Notes: generated by a model from the sequence alone, not told the origin. Positions 1 through 10,458 are shown, numbered from the stretch's first letter. The stretch: DNA of 64,000 nt from an uncultured Gammaproteobacteria bacterium (GCA_963797555.1 CAWCPV010000004.1:704001-768000); one strand, 5' to 3'. Translations and numbers: made by a program.

Positions 1-1723
1 GGCCCACCACTGCGGCTTCGCGGCGCGCCGGTGGAAGTCGAGGAGCTGGAACACCAGCTCGCGCAGGTGGTCTTCCTGGCCCCACTCCTCGCGGTCGGGC
101 GGGAGGGCCCCCAGGAGCCTCGCCTCATACTCCGCGAGCCGAGCCTCCGCCTCGTGGACCCGCTCGCTCTTGTCGTCTCCGCCGTCCGCCTGAGGGGTTC
201 CCGAAAACCAGACCGTGCCCTGCGGACGGATCTCCAGCAGCCAGTTCCGGAGCAAGTACGTCGAGCGGCAGTCATCCTCGTTGTAGGCCCTAATCTGCTC
301 CAGCAGGGAGGGGTCTTCGGTCTCCCTCCATCGGTCGTAATAGACGATGCTGGCACCGGCATGGGTGACCTCGCCGGTACGCTTGCCCATGTAGAAAGCC
401 TCCAAGTTCTTGATGGAGTAGCGAGGCTCGGAGACGAGCAGCGCCTCGCGGACCACCTTGTAGAGGTCCACCAGCTTCTCGGCGCGGAGCAGCCGGTCCA
501 CCTCGGCCTCGCAGGTGCCGTGCAGGGACATGAGCCGCTTGAGCGCGCTCGGCTCGTAGCTTGCGTAGTGATAGATGTGCAGTTTCGGGTAACGGTCCAG
601 GCGCTCCGTGACGAAGGCCATGAAGCGCTCGAAGCCTTGTCGCTCCTCCTGCCGCGTGTGTGCCCAGAAGGGCTGGAACCGCGGGCTGCCGTCTTCCAGG
701 TAGACCACGCCGAAGAGATACTCCAGCCCTCCGTCTTCGAAGGGATCGCCTTCCATGTCGAAGAACAGGTCGCCCGGGTCCGGCCTCGGGAGCCGGCGGA
801 ATCCCCGAATCTCAGCCGGATCGGTCTTTCGCAACTCGTACCGGTCCGAGCCGGTTTCGCGTTTGCAGAGCTGGAGGCTGGCCTGACCGCGGAGACGCTC
901 CAGGGTCTCGGCCTGCATGGCAGCCACCCGCTGGCCTGCCGGAAGGCGGGCGAGCGCGGCGAGCGTGCGGACGCCGCCCGCGTTCAGCTTCTCGATCTGG
1001 ACCTTGGTGATGTTCGCGACCTGGTTCAGGTGGTCGTCTTGCTCCCAACGCGCCCGGCACAAGTCCCGCCAGTGGCAGAGGGCGCAGTGGGCACACGCTT
1101 CCGGATAAGTCTCCGGCAGAACCCCGCCCAAGCGCTCCAGGAACCGCGCCTTGACCGCACGGTAGTAGCGAAAGTAGTTGGCGACGCGAAAGCTTTCCTC
1201 CGTCCCGTCGCCGAGCACGACGTGCATCCGCTGCGGCAGAAGACCTTGCGCGTCGGCCAGTAGGTCGGAGTACAGACAAAGCTGGATGATGAACTTCGCC
1301 TTCGCGCTCCTGGCGAGCTTGGTGTCGACCACTTCGTAGCCGTAATCGCCCAGTGCCGAATGTCCATCGGCCCGGCGCAGGAAGTCGGCGTATCCCGTGA
1401 ACTCCCCCGCGTGCAGGCAGGCCTGGTAGATGACCTCGGCGCCTTGGGCCATCGCCTCCCGAGTCGCCTCGACGGCGGCATCGAGGTCCTTCGTTTCCGT
1501 TTTCAACGTCCGCGACCACTGTCCCGGCCGCTCGTAGCGCGTGGAGGTATCTCGCTTCGTGTTCGAAGCCTTTGGCCTGAACGAGCTCGATCTGCTCGTC
1601 CTCGTCCGCCCTCGGCAACGGCGTGTCGAGGGCGACGCGGTCGAGCGTCGTGAGGTGCTCGCACTCGAGAAAGTTGACCAGGTCGCTGGCAGAGAAGAGC
1701 AGCTTGCCGTTACGGATATTCAT
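1..1723 (-). CDS. TM0106-family RecB-like nuclease with RNase H-like domain; frameshift near 1500; 3' end runs off the window
   Basis: N-terminus FSASDLVNFLECEH. After the frameshift the frame reads GYADFL..YEVVDTKLA..QLCLY, CAHCALCHWRDLC, LFFDMEGDPF, HIYHYASYE and YNEDDC, typical of the family. Confidence 0.85.
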
Positions 1724-1900
1724 CTGCCGCGGGTCCAGCAGCCAGAGGGCGGGAAGACAGCCTCAAAACTTGCTCGATCCACTCTGCCCATGGTCGAGGG
1801 GACTCGGCCGTTCCGGGCCGAATGCCGCAATCCAGTCAGCCGCTCTGCGGTATCGGTATAGGGCTTGACGCATGCCACTACACCCTGCTTTGGGTATCAC

Positions 1901-1997
1901 CGTCATTCCGGCATGGATTGCCGGAATCCAGAGCCATGGAGGGCTCTTCCAGGACGTCCCTATGTCCTGGATTCCGCCATTCCCTGGCGGAATGACG
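1901..1997. repeat. REP/REPIN-like palindromic unit
   Basis: CGTCATTCCG...GGAATCCAG at the left and CTGGATTCC...CGGAATGACG at the right form inverted arms with internal hairpins; intergenic. Confidence 0.7.
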
Positions 1998-2111
1998 AGA
2001 TGTGTGTGATGAACCGGATAGGCCGGACGTGGGCAGACTGTCTAGCCCTGCAGCGTTCCACGGGAGCAAGGCGGATACGGTTCGACCCACAGCGATTCGT
2101 CCAAGCACAAG

Positions 2112-2414
2112 TTAGCGAAGCTGTATGCGCGAGCGCCAGTAACCGGGTTGCCGTGCATGGTGTGCCAGAGCGAAGACCACAATACCGTCTTTCTCCGGCC
2201 GGTAGATGATGGAGAACGGAAATCCCCTGACAAACACACGGAGTGTACTTGCCGCCGACGGCGACCCTGTCTCGGGAAACGCGAGCGCCCGTGCAGTTGC
2301 TTCCTCGACCGCTGCGGCAAAACGCTCTCCCAAGCCGCCCTGGGCCTGCCCATAGTACGCCACCTCAGCAAGAAATTCTTGACGCGCTGCTGCAACGAAC
2401 CGTACGCGTTTCAC
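2112..2414 (-). CDS. RelE/ParE-family toxin
   Basis: 100 aa with FPFSIIYR..IVVFALAHHARQPGYW; overlaps the antitoxin stop by 4 bp. Confidence 0.85.
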   Translation of the reverse strand: MKRVRFVAAARQEFLAEVAYYGQAQGGLGERFAAAVEEATARALAFPETGSPSAASTLRVFVRGFPFSIIYRPEKDGIVVFALAHHARQPGYWRSRIQLR

Positions 2415-2647
2415 CGGCTAATGCGCTTGGCCTCCCCAAACACCTCCTCAGCCCCATAGGTCTGAACCTCTCCGCGGTCGTGGGCGGCAACCCTCTCTTC
2501 GATCTCGCGCTCCCAAGCGGCCTCAATCTCCGCCAACGGCGTTTCGCGCAACGATTCGAGCAGGACGTTAACGAGTCTGGCGCGGTCCTCTGGTGACAAC
2601 ATTCGGACCTGCTGTTCAATTTCCGCGAGACTAGTAGACATAATCAT
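2411..2647 (-). CDS. Addiction-module antitoxin (TIGR02574-like)
   Basis: LSPEDRARLVNVLLESL..EAAWEREIEERV motif; immediately upstream of the ParE toxin. Confidence 0.85.
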   Translation of the reverse strand: MIMSTSLAEIEQQVRMLSPEDRARLVNVLLESLRETPLAEIEAAWEREIEERVAAHDRGEVQTYGAEEVFGEAKRISR

Positions 2648-2771
2648 TCCCTCGTTTCGTAATGCCGATGGCGAGATTCTAGCCTGTCAGGGTGCACCTG
2701 GGCACGATTCATCCTTGCAATTCGGGACCGACCCCGGGACCGACCCCTATTTATCCACTCGGCGTGCGCTT

Positions 2772-3143
2772 CTATGCTGCCGCACGGCCAGCACTGCCTG
2801 AGGACCGCTCCTTCTCCAAAAGCGTCAGGCAGAGAGCACGCATCGTCTCCAATTCGTGGTAAAACTCGCGCTGTGCCTCTTCGGGCGACAAACAATCGAC
2901 GAGATCCGGCAACTGCACCCCATGACTCATGATGGCGTTGGCCTCTTTGCTGCGAAGGTGCTTGCGAACATAGAGGCAATTGTCCGCGTGGTAAAAGCGT
3001 TGAACAGCCTCCATGGGGCTCAAGTCCCCGCTGGCCAGGGACTGCACCAGACCCAAATCTAGGAGCGCGAAGAGTTCCAACTGCTGAAGCGGCCCCTCCC
3101 TTGCCTCTGACAGAACGCTATGGAATGAATGACGCTGTTTCAC
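2772..3143 (-). CDS. Hypothetical helical protein, 123 aa
   Basis: Plausible composition; located among TA genes; no family recognised with confidence. Confidence 0.5.
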   Translation of the reverse strand: MKQRHSFHSVLSEAREGPLQQLELFALLDLGLVQSLASGDLSPMEAVQRFYHADNCLYVRKHLRSKEANAIMSHGVQLPDLVDCLSPEEAQREFYHELETMRALCLTLLEKERSSGSAGRAAA

Positions 3144-3360
3144 GGTGATGGCCCCATCCTCGGAAAGAACTTGGCGCCAGCGACGCTCCCTGAGTATACC
3201 CGTACCCGAGCGGGCTATGTTGTGGCCGATAGCTGTTCAATATTCAGATAGGCGACAGACCCCCATCATGCCGGGCACGTGGGTGCCCGGCGTGCGGAGC
3301 TTCGCAGCACGCCGTGCTACCATCGGCAGTACCTCTGGCTTACGAGATGGGAGATTCATC

Positions 3361-3600
3361 ATGGACTATCGTCAGTATCTTGTCCGGGACCCCGGGGTCT
3401 GCGGCGGCGAGACGGTATTCAAGGGCACGCGCGTGGCACTGCGCACCGTCCTGGCCAGCCTAGCGGAAGGCGCCAGTGTCGAAGAGATCCTGGCAGACTT
3501 CCCAACGCTCACGGCTGAGCAAGTTCGCGCAGCAATTGCTTTTGCTGCCGCTTCCGCGGAGGAAGACCTGCCTTTGCCCGGTATCCCGACCGTTGCATGA
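3361..3600 (+). CDS. DUF433-domain antitoxin
   Basis: DPGVCGGETVFKGTRV..GASVEEILADFPTLTAEQVRAAIAFA; GGAG precedes ATG 3361. Confidence 0.9.
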   Translation: MDYRQYLVRDPGVCGGETVFKGTRVALRTVLASLAEGASVEEILADFPTLTAEQVRAAIAFAAASAEEDLPLPGIPTVA

Positions 3601-3695
3601 GACTAAAGCTCGACGAGAACCTGCCGGCCGCGCTGGTCGAAAAGCTATCCGGGCTCGGCCATGACGTGGACACCGTTCCGGCCGAGGACCTTCGG
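3597..3695 (+). pseudogene. Truncated DUF5615 PIN-like toxin
   Basis: MRLKLDENLPAALVEKLSGLGHDVDTV; similarity is lost after about 32 codons. Confidence 0.75.
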
Positions 3696-3762
3696 TGTCT
3701 TTCGCGAGCGATGTGGTTCCTTCGCTCGCCGCACCCTACGCGGGGCCACACCCGCCAAGCTA

Positions 3763-5436
3763 CTATCCCGCCAAGAACGAGGCGATCAGCTCGCCCAGCC
3801 GCCGCCTATGCTCCGGCTCCGGAGTGGCATCGGCCCGCGGGCGGAGCGGTAGAGCGCCCACGCCCTCGCAGTCACGAGTCGCGCCGGGCGCGCGATAAAT
3901 TTGAGCCCCGATGCCAGGATAAAGGGCCAAGGCACCCACGGCACCGGTCAACGCGTCGCGATAAGCATGCATCTTGTTGATGTCTTCGGACCAGCAGTCC
4001 TCGATGCGCCCCTCTTCTTCCTGGCCGTAAAAGCCTCCTCGGCCCTTGTTTTTTGCGTCCAGTACCAGCAGCTCGCCGCCCCGGCAGATGAGGATATCCG
4101 GTATGAATTCGCGGGAGTAACTGTCGCCAGGTGATAGTTCACGTGCAGGCGCCCCGACGGCGACGCCGGAACACGAGCGGTTGTACCACAAGGAGACATT
4201 CTGCTCGTAATCCAGCCGCAGACCCCCGTTACCCCGGTCCACCGTCTGCCTCTCGGGCTTCGTACCAATGATCGGACGGCACGCGACAGGCGGCCCGAGC
4301 CGCTCTTCCAGGGACTCCTTAACCAGGAAGAAGCACCAGTACTCGAACAGCGTCGCCGTATCCTTGGTCTCCAGCAAATGTGCAAAATCCAGCAGCGCGT
4401 AGTCCTGGCGGGTGATGAGCTGCAGCAGGGCATAGAGCTGATACAACTGGCGATAACCCTCCTTGCGCTGCAAGACTTGCGAGCTGACCGGCACTATCTG
4501 CAAGGGACCGATGTCTCGCCAAAAGGGTTCTTCCAAAGCCGCGGAAATCTGGCGCCGCAACTCGTCGAGTGCATCCTGAAGGTCTGGATTCAGGTAGCTT
4601 CCCCGCTTGCCCATACTCTCGGTCAACGCTATCAGCTTGCCCATACTCTCGGTCAACGCTATCAGCCGTCCATCCAGCGACTCCAATACATGCTTGGCGA
4701 ATCTGTTTTCATGCGTATCAACGTCATGGAAACGGTGGCGCACAGGCAGTTTGACCGGGTAGACACTCTGTCCTGCCAGAGAGCTGAGCAGCTTCCCCAA
4801 AGGCGTGTGCGCCAAGGAATGATCCGGACTTATGCGCGCTAGATCCTTCCCTCCGCACAGCGCTGCGACCACCAGGGCGGGCTCCGGCGCGACGATAAAC
4901 TCTACCGGGGAATCGAGCACTTCATCGCGGAGGCGGCGGTGAGGATCGGCCAAGATCGCGTCCACCAGGCTTTCCAGGCTATTTTTCCTGAGGAGGAACC
5001 GCCAAAGAAACAACAGCTCGACGTAGGCCAGATCCTCGCCCGCCTCACCCCCCTTGTCATACGCATGACCGGTCGGCGACCCGAAGTCCGTCACCAGGGA
5101 CGCATACCGATCGGTGATGTAATCGAGCAAGCCGAAGAACTGCTCGTCGCCAATCTTCCGGTTGTGAACCAGAATCTTCAGCCCGCCGAGGCGCGTGAGA
5201 CCCACCGCATTCTCGAACCTAACCTGGCAGATGTCTCCGTAACACCGCTTAGGATCAATGATCACCCACCCTTCAGGTCTGCCGTCATAGAATTTGACGA
5301 AGTACTCCCGCCACTCATCCAATTCCACCGGCTCACAAAAGCGTGGGGTGTCCGGATCTATTTCGCCCGGGAAATCTGGTTTATCGTTAAGGGCCAGCCG
5401 CCCGTCTGGGTCGTACGCTATCATCTCTTTACTCAA
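3763..5436 (-). CDS. McrC-like DUF2357 / PD-(D/E)XK nuclease
   Basis: DTHENRFAKH, SQVLQRKEGYRQLY, LFEYWCF, PDI..LVLDAK and DINKMHAYRDAL motifs; overlaps the McrB-like stop. Confidence 0.9.
   Translation of the reverse strand: MSKEMIAYDPDGRLALNDKPDFPGEIDPDTPRFCEPVELDEWREYFVKFYDGRPEGWVIIDPKRCYGDICQVRFENAVGLTRLGGLKILVHNRKIGDEQFFGLLDYITDRYASLVTDFGSPTGHAYDKGGEAGEDLAYVELLFLWRFLLRKNSLESLVDAILADPHRRLRDEVLDSPVEFIVAPEPALVVAALCGGKDLARISPDHSLAHTPLGKLLSSLAGQSVYPVKLPVRHRFHDVDTHENRFAKHVLESLDGRLIALTESMGKLIALTESMGKRGSYLNPDLQDALDELRRQISAALEEPFWRDIGPLQIVPVSSQVLQRKEGYRQLYQLYALLQLITRQDYALLDFAHLLETKDTATLFEYWCFFLVKESLEERLGPPVACRPIIGTKPERQTVDRGNGGLRLDYEQNVSLWYNRSCSGVAVGAPARELSPGDSYSREFIPDILICRGGELLVLDAKNKGRGGFYGQEEEGRIEDCWSEDINKMHAYRDALTGAVGALALYPGIGAQIYRAPGATRDCEGVGALPLRPRADATPEPEHRRRLGELIASFLAG
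4605..4666. repeat. Perfect 30-bp tandem duplication inside the McrC-like gene
   Basis: GCTTGCCCATACTCTCGGTCAACGCTATCA occurs twice, encoding LIALTESMGK twice. Confidence 0.95.
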
Positions 5437-7291
5437 TGAAGCTTGTGTAGCCTTGCTCCTTCAAGGTCCTAAGCATTCTGCCGCATTTCTGCGCGCAACG
5501 CGGGTATTGAGCGTCTGGCTCGAAGCCTTCCGCCTTTTCTCTGAGGCTGGCGGCTTTAGCAACGGCATCCTTCTCACTTACGTCACGATCTCCATAGCAA
5601 AAGAGGAGCACTCGGCTGAGGGGCCTCTCCATCCGAGCGCGGGTGCCGTGGAACTTCGGAAGAATCTTTTGGAGGATCTGGATATCCAACGCCTCGTCTG
5701 CGGTGAAGGGGTGCACCGTTCTTCTGGCCAGCGAAACGAAGCGACTGATTTCGTTGATGGTCCTATATCCAAAGTGTAGGTGGTATGGCTTCAAAATGTC
5801 GATCAAGCCCTGCAAGGGTTCGCGCACGTCACCTTTGGCCTCCTCGAAGTCAGCGTTCGAGGCGAACGCCCAGTGACTATTCGAGAACAGGTCCCTACAG
5901 TCCGCGTTCTCTAGCACAAAGGAGGCCCCGAAAGACTCGATGCCTTCCCCATCAACGAAGACCTCGTTGAACTCTATCACGTTCGCCCGGTCGAGTACCT
6001 TGGGACTGAACATGTATGTGGACTCATCGACGTTGACCGTCCCGGTGACGAACACATTGGACGGGATGTGGAGGCGCCCAGGAACTCCGTCATCAGTGCT
6101 GGGAACTTGTCCTTGCCGTTCTTCGGCACCGTGGCGCGTGGCATTGTGGGGCAGCTCGTGTAACTCCAGATCCGCCCCTTTCGGATACTCGAAAGTCCTG
6201 CTCTCCATCTTACTGAGGAAATCCGAGAAATAATACTCCACCCTAGCCAAATTCATCTCGTCCAGTATTATGAAATACGGGTGGTTATCATCGTCTCTTG
6301 CACGGATCAGCAAGTCGAGGACGGGGGTGCTGTGGTATGTGTTTTCCAGGGGATTATAAAAACCCAGCAATCCCCGGTTGTCGGTCCAGTCCGGGTGCAC
6401 TGATACAAAGGCCATGCGCTTTATGCGATCTTCCGGTTGCAGGTCCTGATACACGTAGTCGACCAGAACTTGGGCGATTTTCGTCTTTCCTGTACCAGAG
6501 ATCCCGGTTAGGATGACAAATGGTTTGGACATCAGTGCGAGAACATATCGTGTCAAGACCTCTCTGGGGAACAGAAAGCGTGCGTGCTTGACATAATCAT
6601 ATAACCGTCCCAGATCCATTTCTTCGCGCCCTTCAGCCGTTGTTTCGTCGAATTTCCAGACCACCTTATGGCCTCCGGCGCCGGAGTCGGACAAGAGTTG
6701 CTCCTGCCATCCAGCCGCTAGTGACACCCCCTGTTTTGTGAAGCGGGTTGCGATTTCTTCGCAAGCGAGGTCAAAGGCGATGCCTGCAGTCTGGCCAGTG
6801 CGCTGTTTAATCGCCGTGCAAGCGTCCTCCCAATCCTTCGGGGTCGGCTGATATCCTGGAGCCCCGGGCTTCTCAGCTTCAAGGGCCGGACTTGCCTCCT
6901 CTGCATCACGTGACCACTTGTCCAGCATGCGCTGCACGTGGGGTTGCCTCATAGCCCTTGCGCCCCAGTGACCGGGGGCATATTGTTGCGCTAAATCTCT
7001 GCCAGCGAATATCAATTCCCTTTGTTCGTCCGTGAAAGTGTCCTCCCCGCGCAGAGCTGCCTGCCATTGGTTCTTAAAGAGACAATGCCGCCACTGCTTT
7101 TCCTCCTTGTCATACGCGCTTCCATCGCTTGTGAGCGGGCGACACGCGAAGACACCTACGAGGAATGCGCCGATCTCCCCGTCGCGGAGCGGCTCACCTC
7201 GCTGAACTGACGCGACAACCACCGTTGAAGGCCTTTCAGGCTTCTCCCTACTACCTGGAACGACTTGTATGTGTTTCGCTTTCACCAACAT
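5429..7291 (-). CDS. McrB-like AAA+ GTPase with unrecognised N-terminal domain
   Basis: Walker A GISGTGKT, VHPDWTD, Walker B IILDEMNLARVEYYFSDFLS, GTVNVDESTYMFSPKVLDRAN, QKILPK. Confidence 0.9.
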   Translation of the reverse strand: MLVKAKHIQVVPGSREKPERPSTVVVASVQRGEPLRDGEIGAFLVGVFACRPLTSDGSAYDKEEKQWRHCLFKNQWQAALRGEDTFTDEQRELIFAGRDLAQQYAPGHWGARAMRQPHVQRMLDKWSRDAEEASPALEAEKPGAPGYQPTPKDWEDACTAIKQRTGQTAGIAFDLACEEIATRFTKQGVSLAAGWQEQLLSDSGAGGHKVVWKFDETTAEGREEMDLGRLYDYVKHARFLFPREVLTRYVLALMSKPFVILTGISGTGKTKIAQVLVDYVYQDLQPEDRIKRMAFVSVHPDWTDNRGLLGFYNPLENTYHSTPVLDLLIRARDDDNHPYFIILDEMNLARVEYYFSDFLSKMESRTFEYPKGADLELHELPHNATRHGAEERQGQVPSTDDGVPGRLHIPSNVFVTGTVNVDESTYMFSPKVLDRANVIEFNEVFVDGEGIESFGASFVLENADCRDLFSNSHWAFASNADFEEAKGDVREPLQGLIDILKPYHLHFGYRTINEISRFVSLARRTVHPFTADEALDIQILQKILPKFHGTRARMERPLSRVLLFCYGDRDVSEKDAVAKAASLREKAEGFEPDAQYPRCAQKCGRMLRTLKEQGYTSFIE

Positions 7292-7404
7292 GTATAGTCT
7301 CGCCTCCTGGCTGCTTGGTTCTCGCTGAGAGCGGTTTCAGCACCTCACTTCGGCTCCGGGGGACTCCCCGTACAAAGCGTCTTGTGATGCGCCTTGGGCC
7401 CGGA

Positions 7405-7600
7405 AATCCGCCATTCTCAGAGTTGTCCGCTCCGGCCACCATGTCTAATCGGACCATTGCCCGCGTCATGCCGTAGTAGAGCACCGTTCCTGGTCGGCCA
7501 GCCGTTCCAGTCGCCCGCCAAGATGATAGCAGGACACTCCTGGCCCTTGCACCTTCGAACGCTGTCGAAGACGAGGCGGCCATCCGTGAAGACCCGATGC
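7405..7600 (-). pseudogene. Degraded copy of the 3' end of the NERD-helicase gene
   Basis: VFTDGRLVFDSVRRCKGQECPAIIL / LYYGMTRAMVRLDMV matches IFTEGQLMFDSVRRFKGQEAPAIIL / LYCGMTRATVRLDMV at 8820-9020. Confidence 0.8.
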
Positions 7601-7803
7601 GCTGCCATAGGTCCCCGTCCGCCCTGCTTTGCGAAACGCGCTTGCCCCGTTCGGTAGCAAAGGAAAAGTGTCGCTTCATGAGACTTCAGCGGACACAAAA
7701 TCCGTATCGTGGGGCGCAGGACCGCTTCCGACGAAAGGGGTGCTGGGTTTCAATTGTCTCGTCCTTGTATGGTGGTAGAGGTTGCTTCAGATAATTGGGT
7801 GTT

Positions 7804-8418
7804 CTACGGGTGATTAGTAACCACATCAGTCCATATTTGTTCGCGCTGTGGTTCACCATCTACGACTAGAGGCCCATACCTGTTGTAGGAGATAAGGGCG
7901 ATCATTTGATCATCCCAGAGTTCTGAGTGTGTCGGATTGAATCTGATGTTCGGAACCATTTTAAACTCACGGATTGGCTTATGCGATCCTCGACGAACAG
8001 GAAAGTATTGCCACGAATTCGTATTGGTCTGCCTAATATCTGCACCAGCCACGTTAGCCCTATTAATCAGTCGATGAACAATCCCCGCTGGATAAACATC
8101 GGGTCTCTCTTGCTGAGAAATGTGCTCACATTCTCGTATCCTGCCAACGAAATAACGTCCATTCTCGCCCAATGTATAGAAAATTACGTCATGTATCCCA
8201 TAGGGGACGAAGGATCGAAATTGTTTCGGGGGTGTAAAAAAGCCTTCTATCCACCCATACTGCCACCCTTCAAAACACAACTGAAAATCGAAGTTGAATT
8301 CCTCGAAGGCAAAGCCATAATGACCGGAGTGAGTGTTACCCTCGCGCTGGCCAGCGTTCCCTGTCGGACATTCCCAGTGCGCCGTGTTTAAGCAGAGGCG
8401 ACAAAAATAGCGGTTCAT
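7804..8418 (-). CDS. Hypothetical protein, lower GC (204 aa)
   Basis: Clean ATG with GGAG RBS; visibly lower GC than its flanks; aromatic-rich N-terminus (NTAHWECPTG..YGFAFEEFNFD..GWQYGWIEG). Confidence 0.75.
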   Translation of the reverse strand: MNRYFCRLCLNTAHWECPTGNAGQREGNTHSGHYGFAFEEFNFDFQLCFEGWQYGWIEGFFTPPKQFRSFVPYGIHDVIFYTLGENGRYFVGRIRECEHISQQERPDVYPAGIVHRLINRANVAGADIRQTNTNSWQYFPVRRGSHKPIREFKMVPNIRFNPTHSELWDDQMIALISYNRYGPLVVDGEPQREQIWTDVVTNHP

Positions 8419-8805
8419 TGTATTTTCTCCGCCCAGTTGCTCGCGTGTGTCTGCCGCATTACCGTGATAGTACGGGACCAGCGCGTTCGCACGAGTAATA
8501 CGGCGGGGTTATGTCGTACACGGTACCCGTGGGAGGTGCAGGCCTTCCAGGAGTTCTATACGCTGCAAATCCACGCGGCTTGGGGATGCTCCCTCCGAAG
8601 CCTTCGTCACTCCTTTTGCGAGCGATACAGGACGCTCCGCGTACATCACTATAGCATCAGAAGAATGGAAGAGGCATATGTACTCGGGGTGGTGCGTGCA
8701 AGAAAGCAGAAAGGGGTGAGGTTCGGTTACTTTCACAGCCTGACGGGCCACTGGCCTTCGAGCCGTACGGGGAGGGCCTGAAGGTATCATGTCATCACCT
8801 CATGC

Positions 8806-10458
8806 CTACCGGTGCGGCCAAAAGCGCCGGTTCTCCGGGTTATCCGCACGAACCACCATGTCCAACCGGACGGTCGCCCGCGTCATCCCACAGTAGAGCA
8901 CCCGCTCCTCCTCGGCCAGCCGATCCGGCCGGGGATTAACGTTCACCAGGATGATAGCAGGAGCTTCCTGGCCTTTGAACCGTCGAACACTATCGAACAT
9001 AAGCTGACCCTCCGTGAAGATCTGGTTGCCGCTCGCATCATACTTTTCGGTAAACCGCCGAAGCGAGACACCGCCGACCGTATCCAGCTCGCTGAACACC
9101 GAGCCACGCACTCCGCGGCACGTAAGCACTGCCATGTCGTCATAGGTAAAACCCCGGTGCAGCAACTCCTGAAGGACGCGAGCAACGACCTTGGGCTGCT
9201 CGGCCGGGTCGGAGTATTCGTGGACGCCTACCCCCATCCCCGGCAGATCGTTCCCGAGGTCGAACTCGAAGGGGAGCGTGTTCCGGATGAAGCGCGCGAT
9301 GGACTCGGGAGAGCGGTAGTTGAGCGGGCAGCGGTAGCCGACGAAGCCCGCGGTCGAAACGGGCGGGCGCCCTCGCAGGTTCTGGTCCGGGTCTTCGAGC
9401 CACAGGATGTCCGAGCCCTCGCGCAGGAAAAGGCTGAGGACATCGAGCCACTCCTGCTCGAAGTCCTGACCCTCGTCCACCACCAAGGCGTCGAACAGCC
9501 AGTCCTCCGGGATATGCTGGGCAGTGACCAGATCGGGAATCCTCCGCCAAAATTCGGGGTCTGCTCCCGAATGCTCGAAGTCCGGCGGCTGACCGCGGCT
9601 CTTCAGGAACTCCACGCAGAATCCATGGAAGGTATCCACGTGACCCTGCGCCGACAGTCGCGCCCGGAGCCGGGTGGCGAGTGGGCGGTTGAAACAGGTG
9701 AGAAGGACCCGTTTGCCCTCGGCCGCCTCCCGCGCGTAGAACTGCCGGGCCAGCAGGCTCTTCCCGCTCCCCGCGCTGCCGGTGAAGCGCAGGCGAAACG
9801 GCGTCATTTCGAGGTTGGCGAGAATGGAGGCGACGCCGCCGGCCTGGCGCACAAAGGCCCTCTCCTGGGCACTAATGCGCGCGTGAATGTCGGGCACAAC
9901 CTGGAAGCTCTGGCAGAAGAAGTCGTGTACCTGCTGGTACCAAGCCCACCTGACCGAACCCCGGCCCGAGGATGCTCTGGATACGCTCCGCCAGGCGGTC
10001 TCGGTCCCGGGCGTCGACGATGCGGGTCGCGTCCAGGCCCACGGCGTTGACGTTCTGCACCCGGTAGTCGGGGCAGTAGACGAGATAGTCGGCCCCAGTG
10101 CACGCGCCTTGCCTTGCTGCCACTGGAACTTCTGGCGCACCCGGTCGAGCGAGCGGTGGAGCTGCTCGGCGACATTCTTGGCGCCCTCGTCGTAGCGTTT
10201 GAAGAGACCCACCTCGGTTTCCTCGAGAGACCCGTTCTTCTGCTCGATGAACAACACGTCCCCCGAGCGGTTCAGCACCACGAAGTCGATCTCCCCGTAC
10301 ACCGTCCACCCCTGGTACTCCCTTGTCCAGTGGACGCCGTGGAAAACGGTGTAATCGGGCGGTAGCTGGTCCCTGAGCGCGCTCAGCGTCTCCAGCTCCG
10401 GGCTGTGGGCGCCCGAGAGTGCGAGCCGCGTAATGTCCGACGGGATGATGTAGGCCAA
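8806..10458 (-). CDS. NERD nuclease domain fused to SF1 (UvrD-like) helicase; two compensating frameshifts near 10095 and 9950
   Basis: NERD motif GEIDFVVL..IEQKNG; Walker A GSAGSGKS; VVDEGQDF; NYRSP; FKGQE; LYCGMTRA. An alternate frame (DYLVYCPDY..IVDARD) bridges the shifted stretch. Confidence 0.85.
   Translation of the reverse strand: MAYIIPSDITRLALSGAHSPELETLSALRDQLPPDYTVFHGVHWTREYQGWTVYGEIDFVVLNRSGDVLFIEQKNGSLEETEVGLFKRYDEGAKNVAEQLHRSLDRVRQKFQWQQGKARALGPTISSTAPTTGCRTSTPWAWTRPASSTPGTETAWRSVSRASSGRGSVRWAWYQQVHDFFCQSFQVVPDIHARISAQERAFVRQAGGVASILANLEMTPFRLRFTGSAGSGKSLLARQFYAREAAEGKRVLLTCFNRPLATRLRARLSAQGHVDTFHGFCVEFLKSRGQPPDFEHSGADPEFWRRIPDLVTAQHIPEDWLFDALVVDEGQDFEQEWLDVLSLFLREGSDILWLEDPDQNLRGRPPVSTAGFVGYRCPLNYRSPESIARFIRNTLPFEFDLGNDLPGMGVGVHEYSDPAEQPKVVARVLQELLHRGFTYDDMAVLTCRGVRGSVFSELDTVGGVSLRRFTEKYDASGNQIFTEGQLMFDSVRRFKGQEAPAIILVNVNPRPDRLAEEERVLYCGMTRATVRLDMVVRADNPENRRFWPHR

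Noticed and set aside
31-1263. 410-aa + strand ORF and many similar long ORFs (8812-10050, 18157-19779, 18932-21757, 28882-30792, 31746-33512)
   Set aside because: Antisense or off-frame shadows of recognisable genes in high-GC DNA.
8437-8790. Short ORFs between the helicase and the lower-GC orphan
   Set aside because: No RBS or motif support on either strand.
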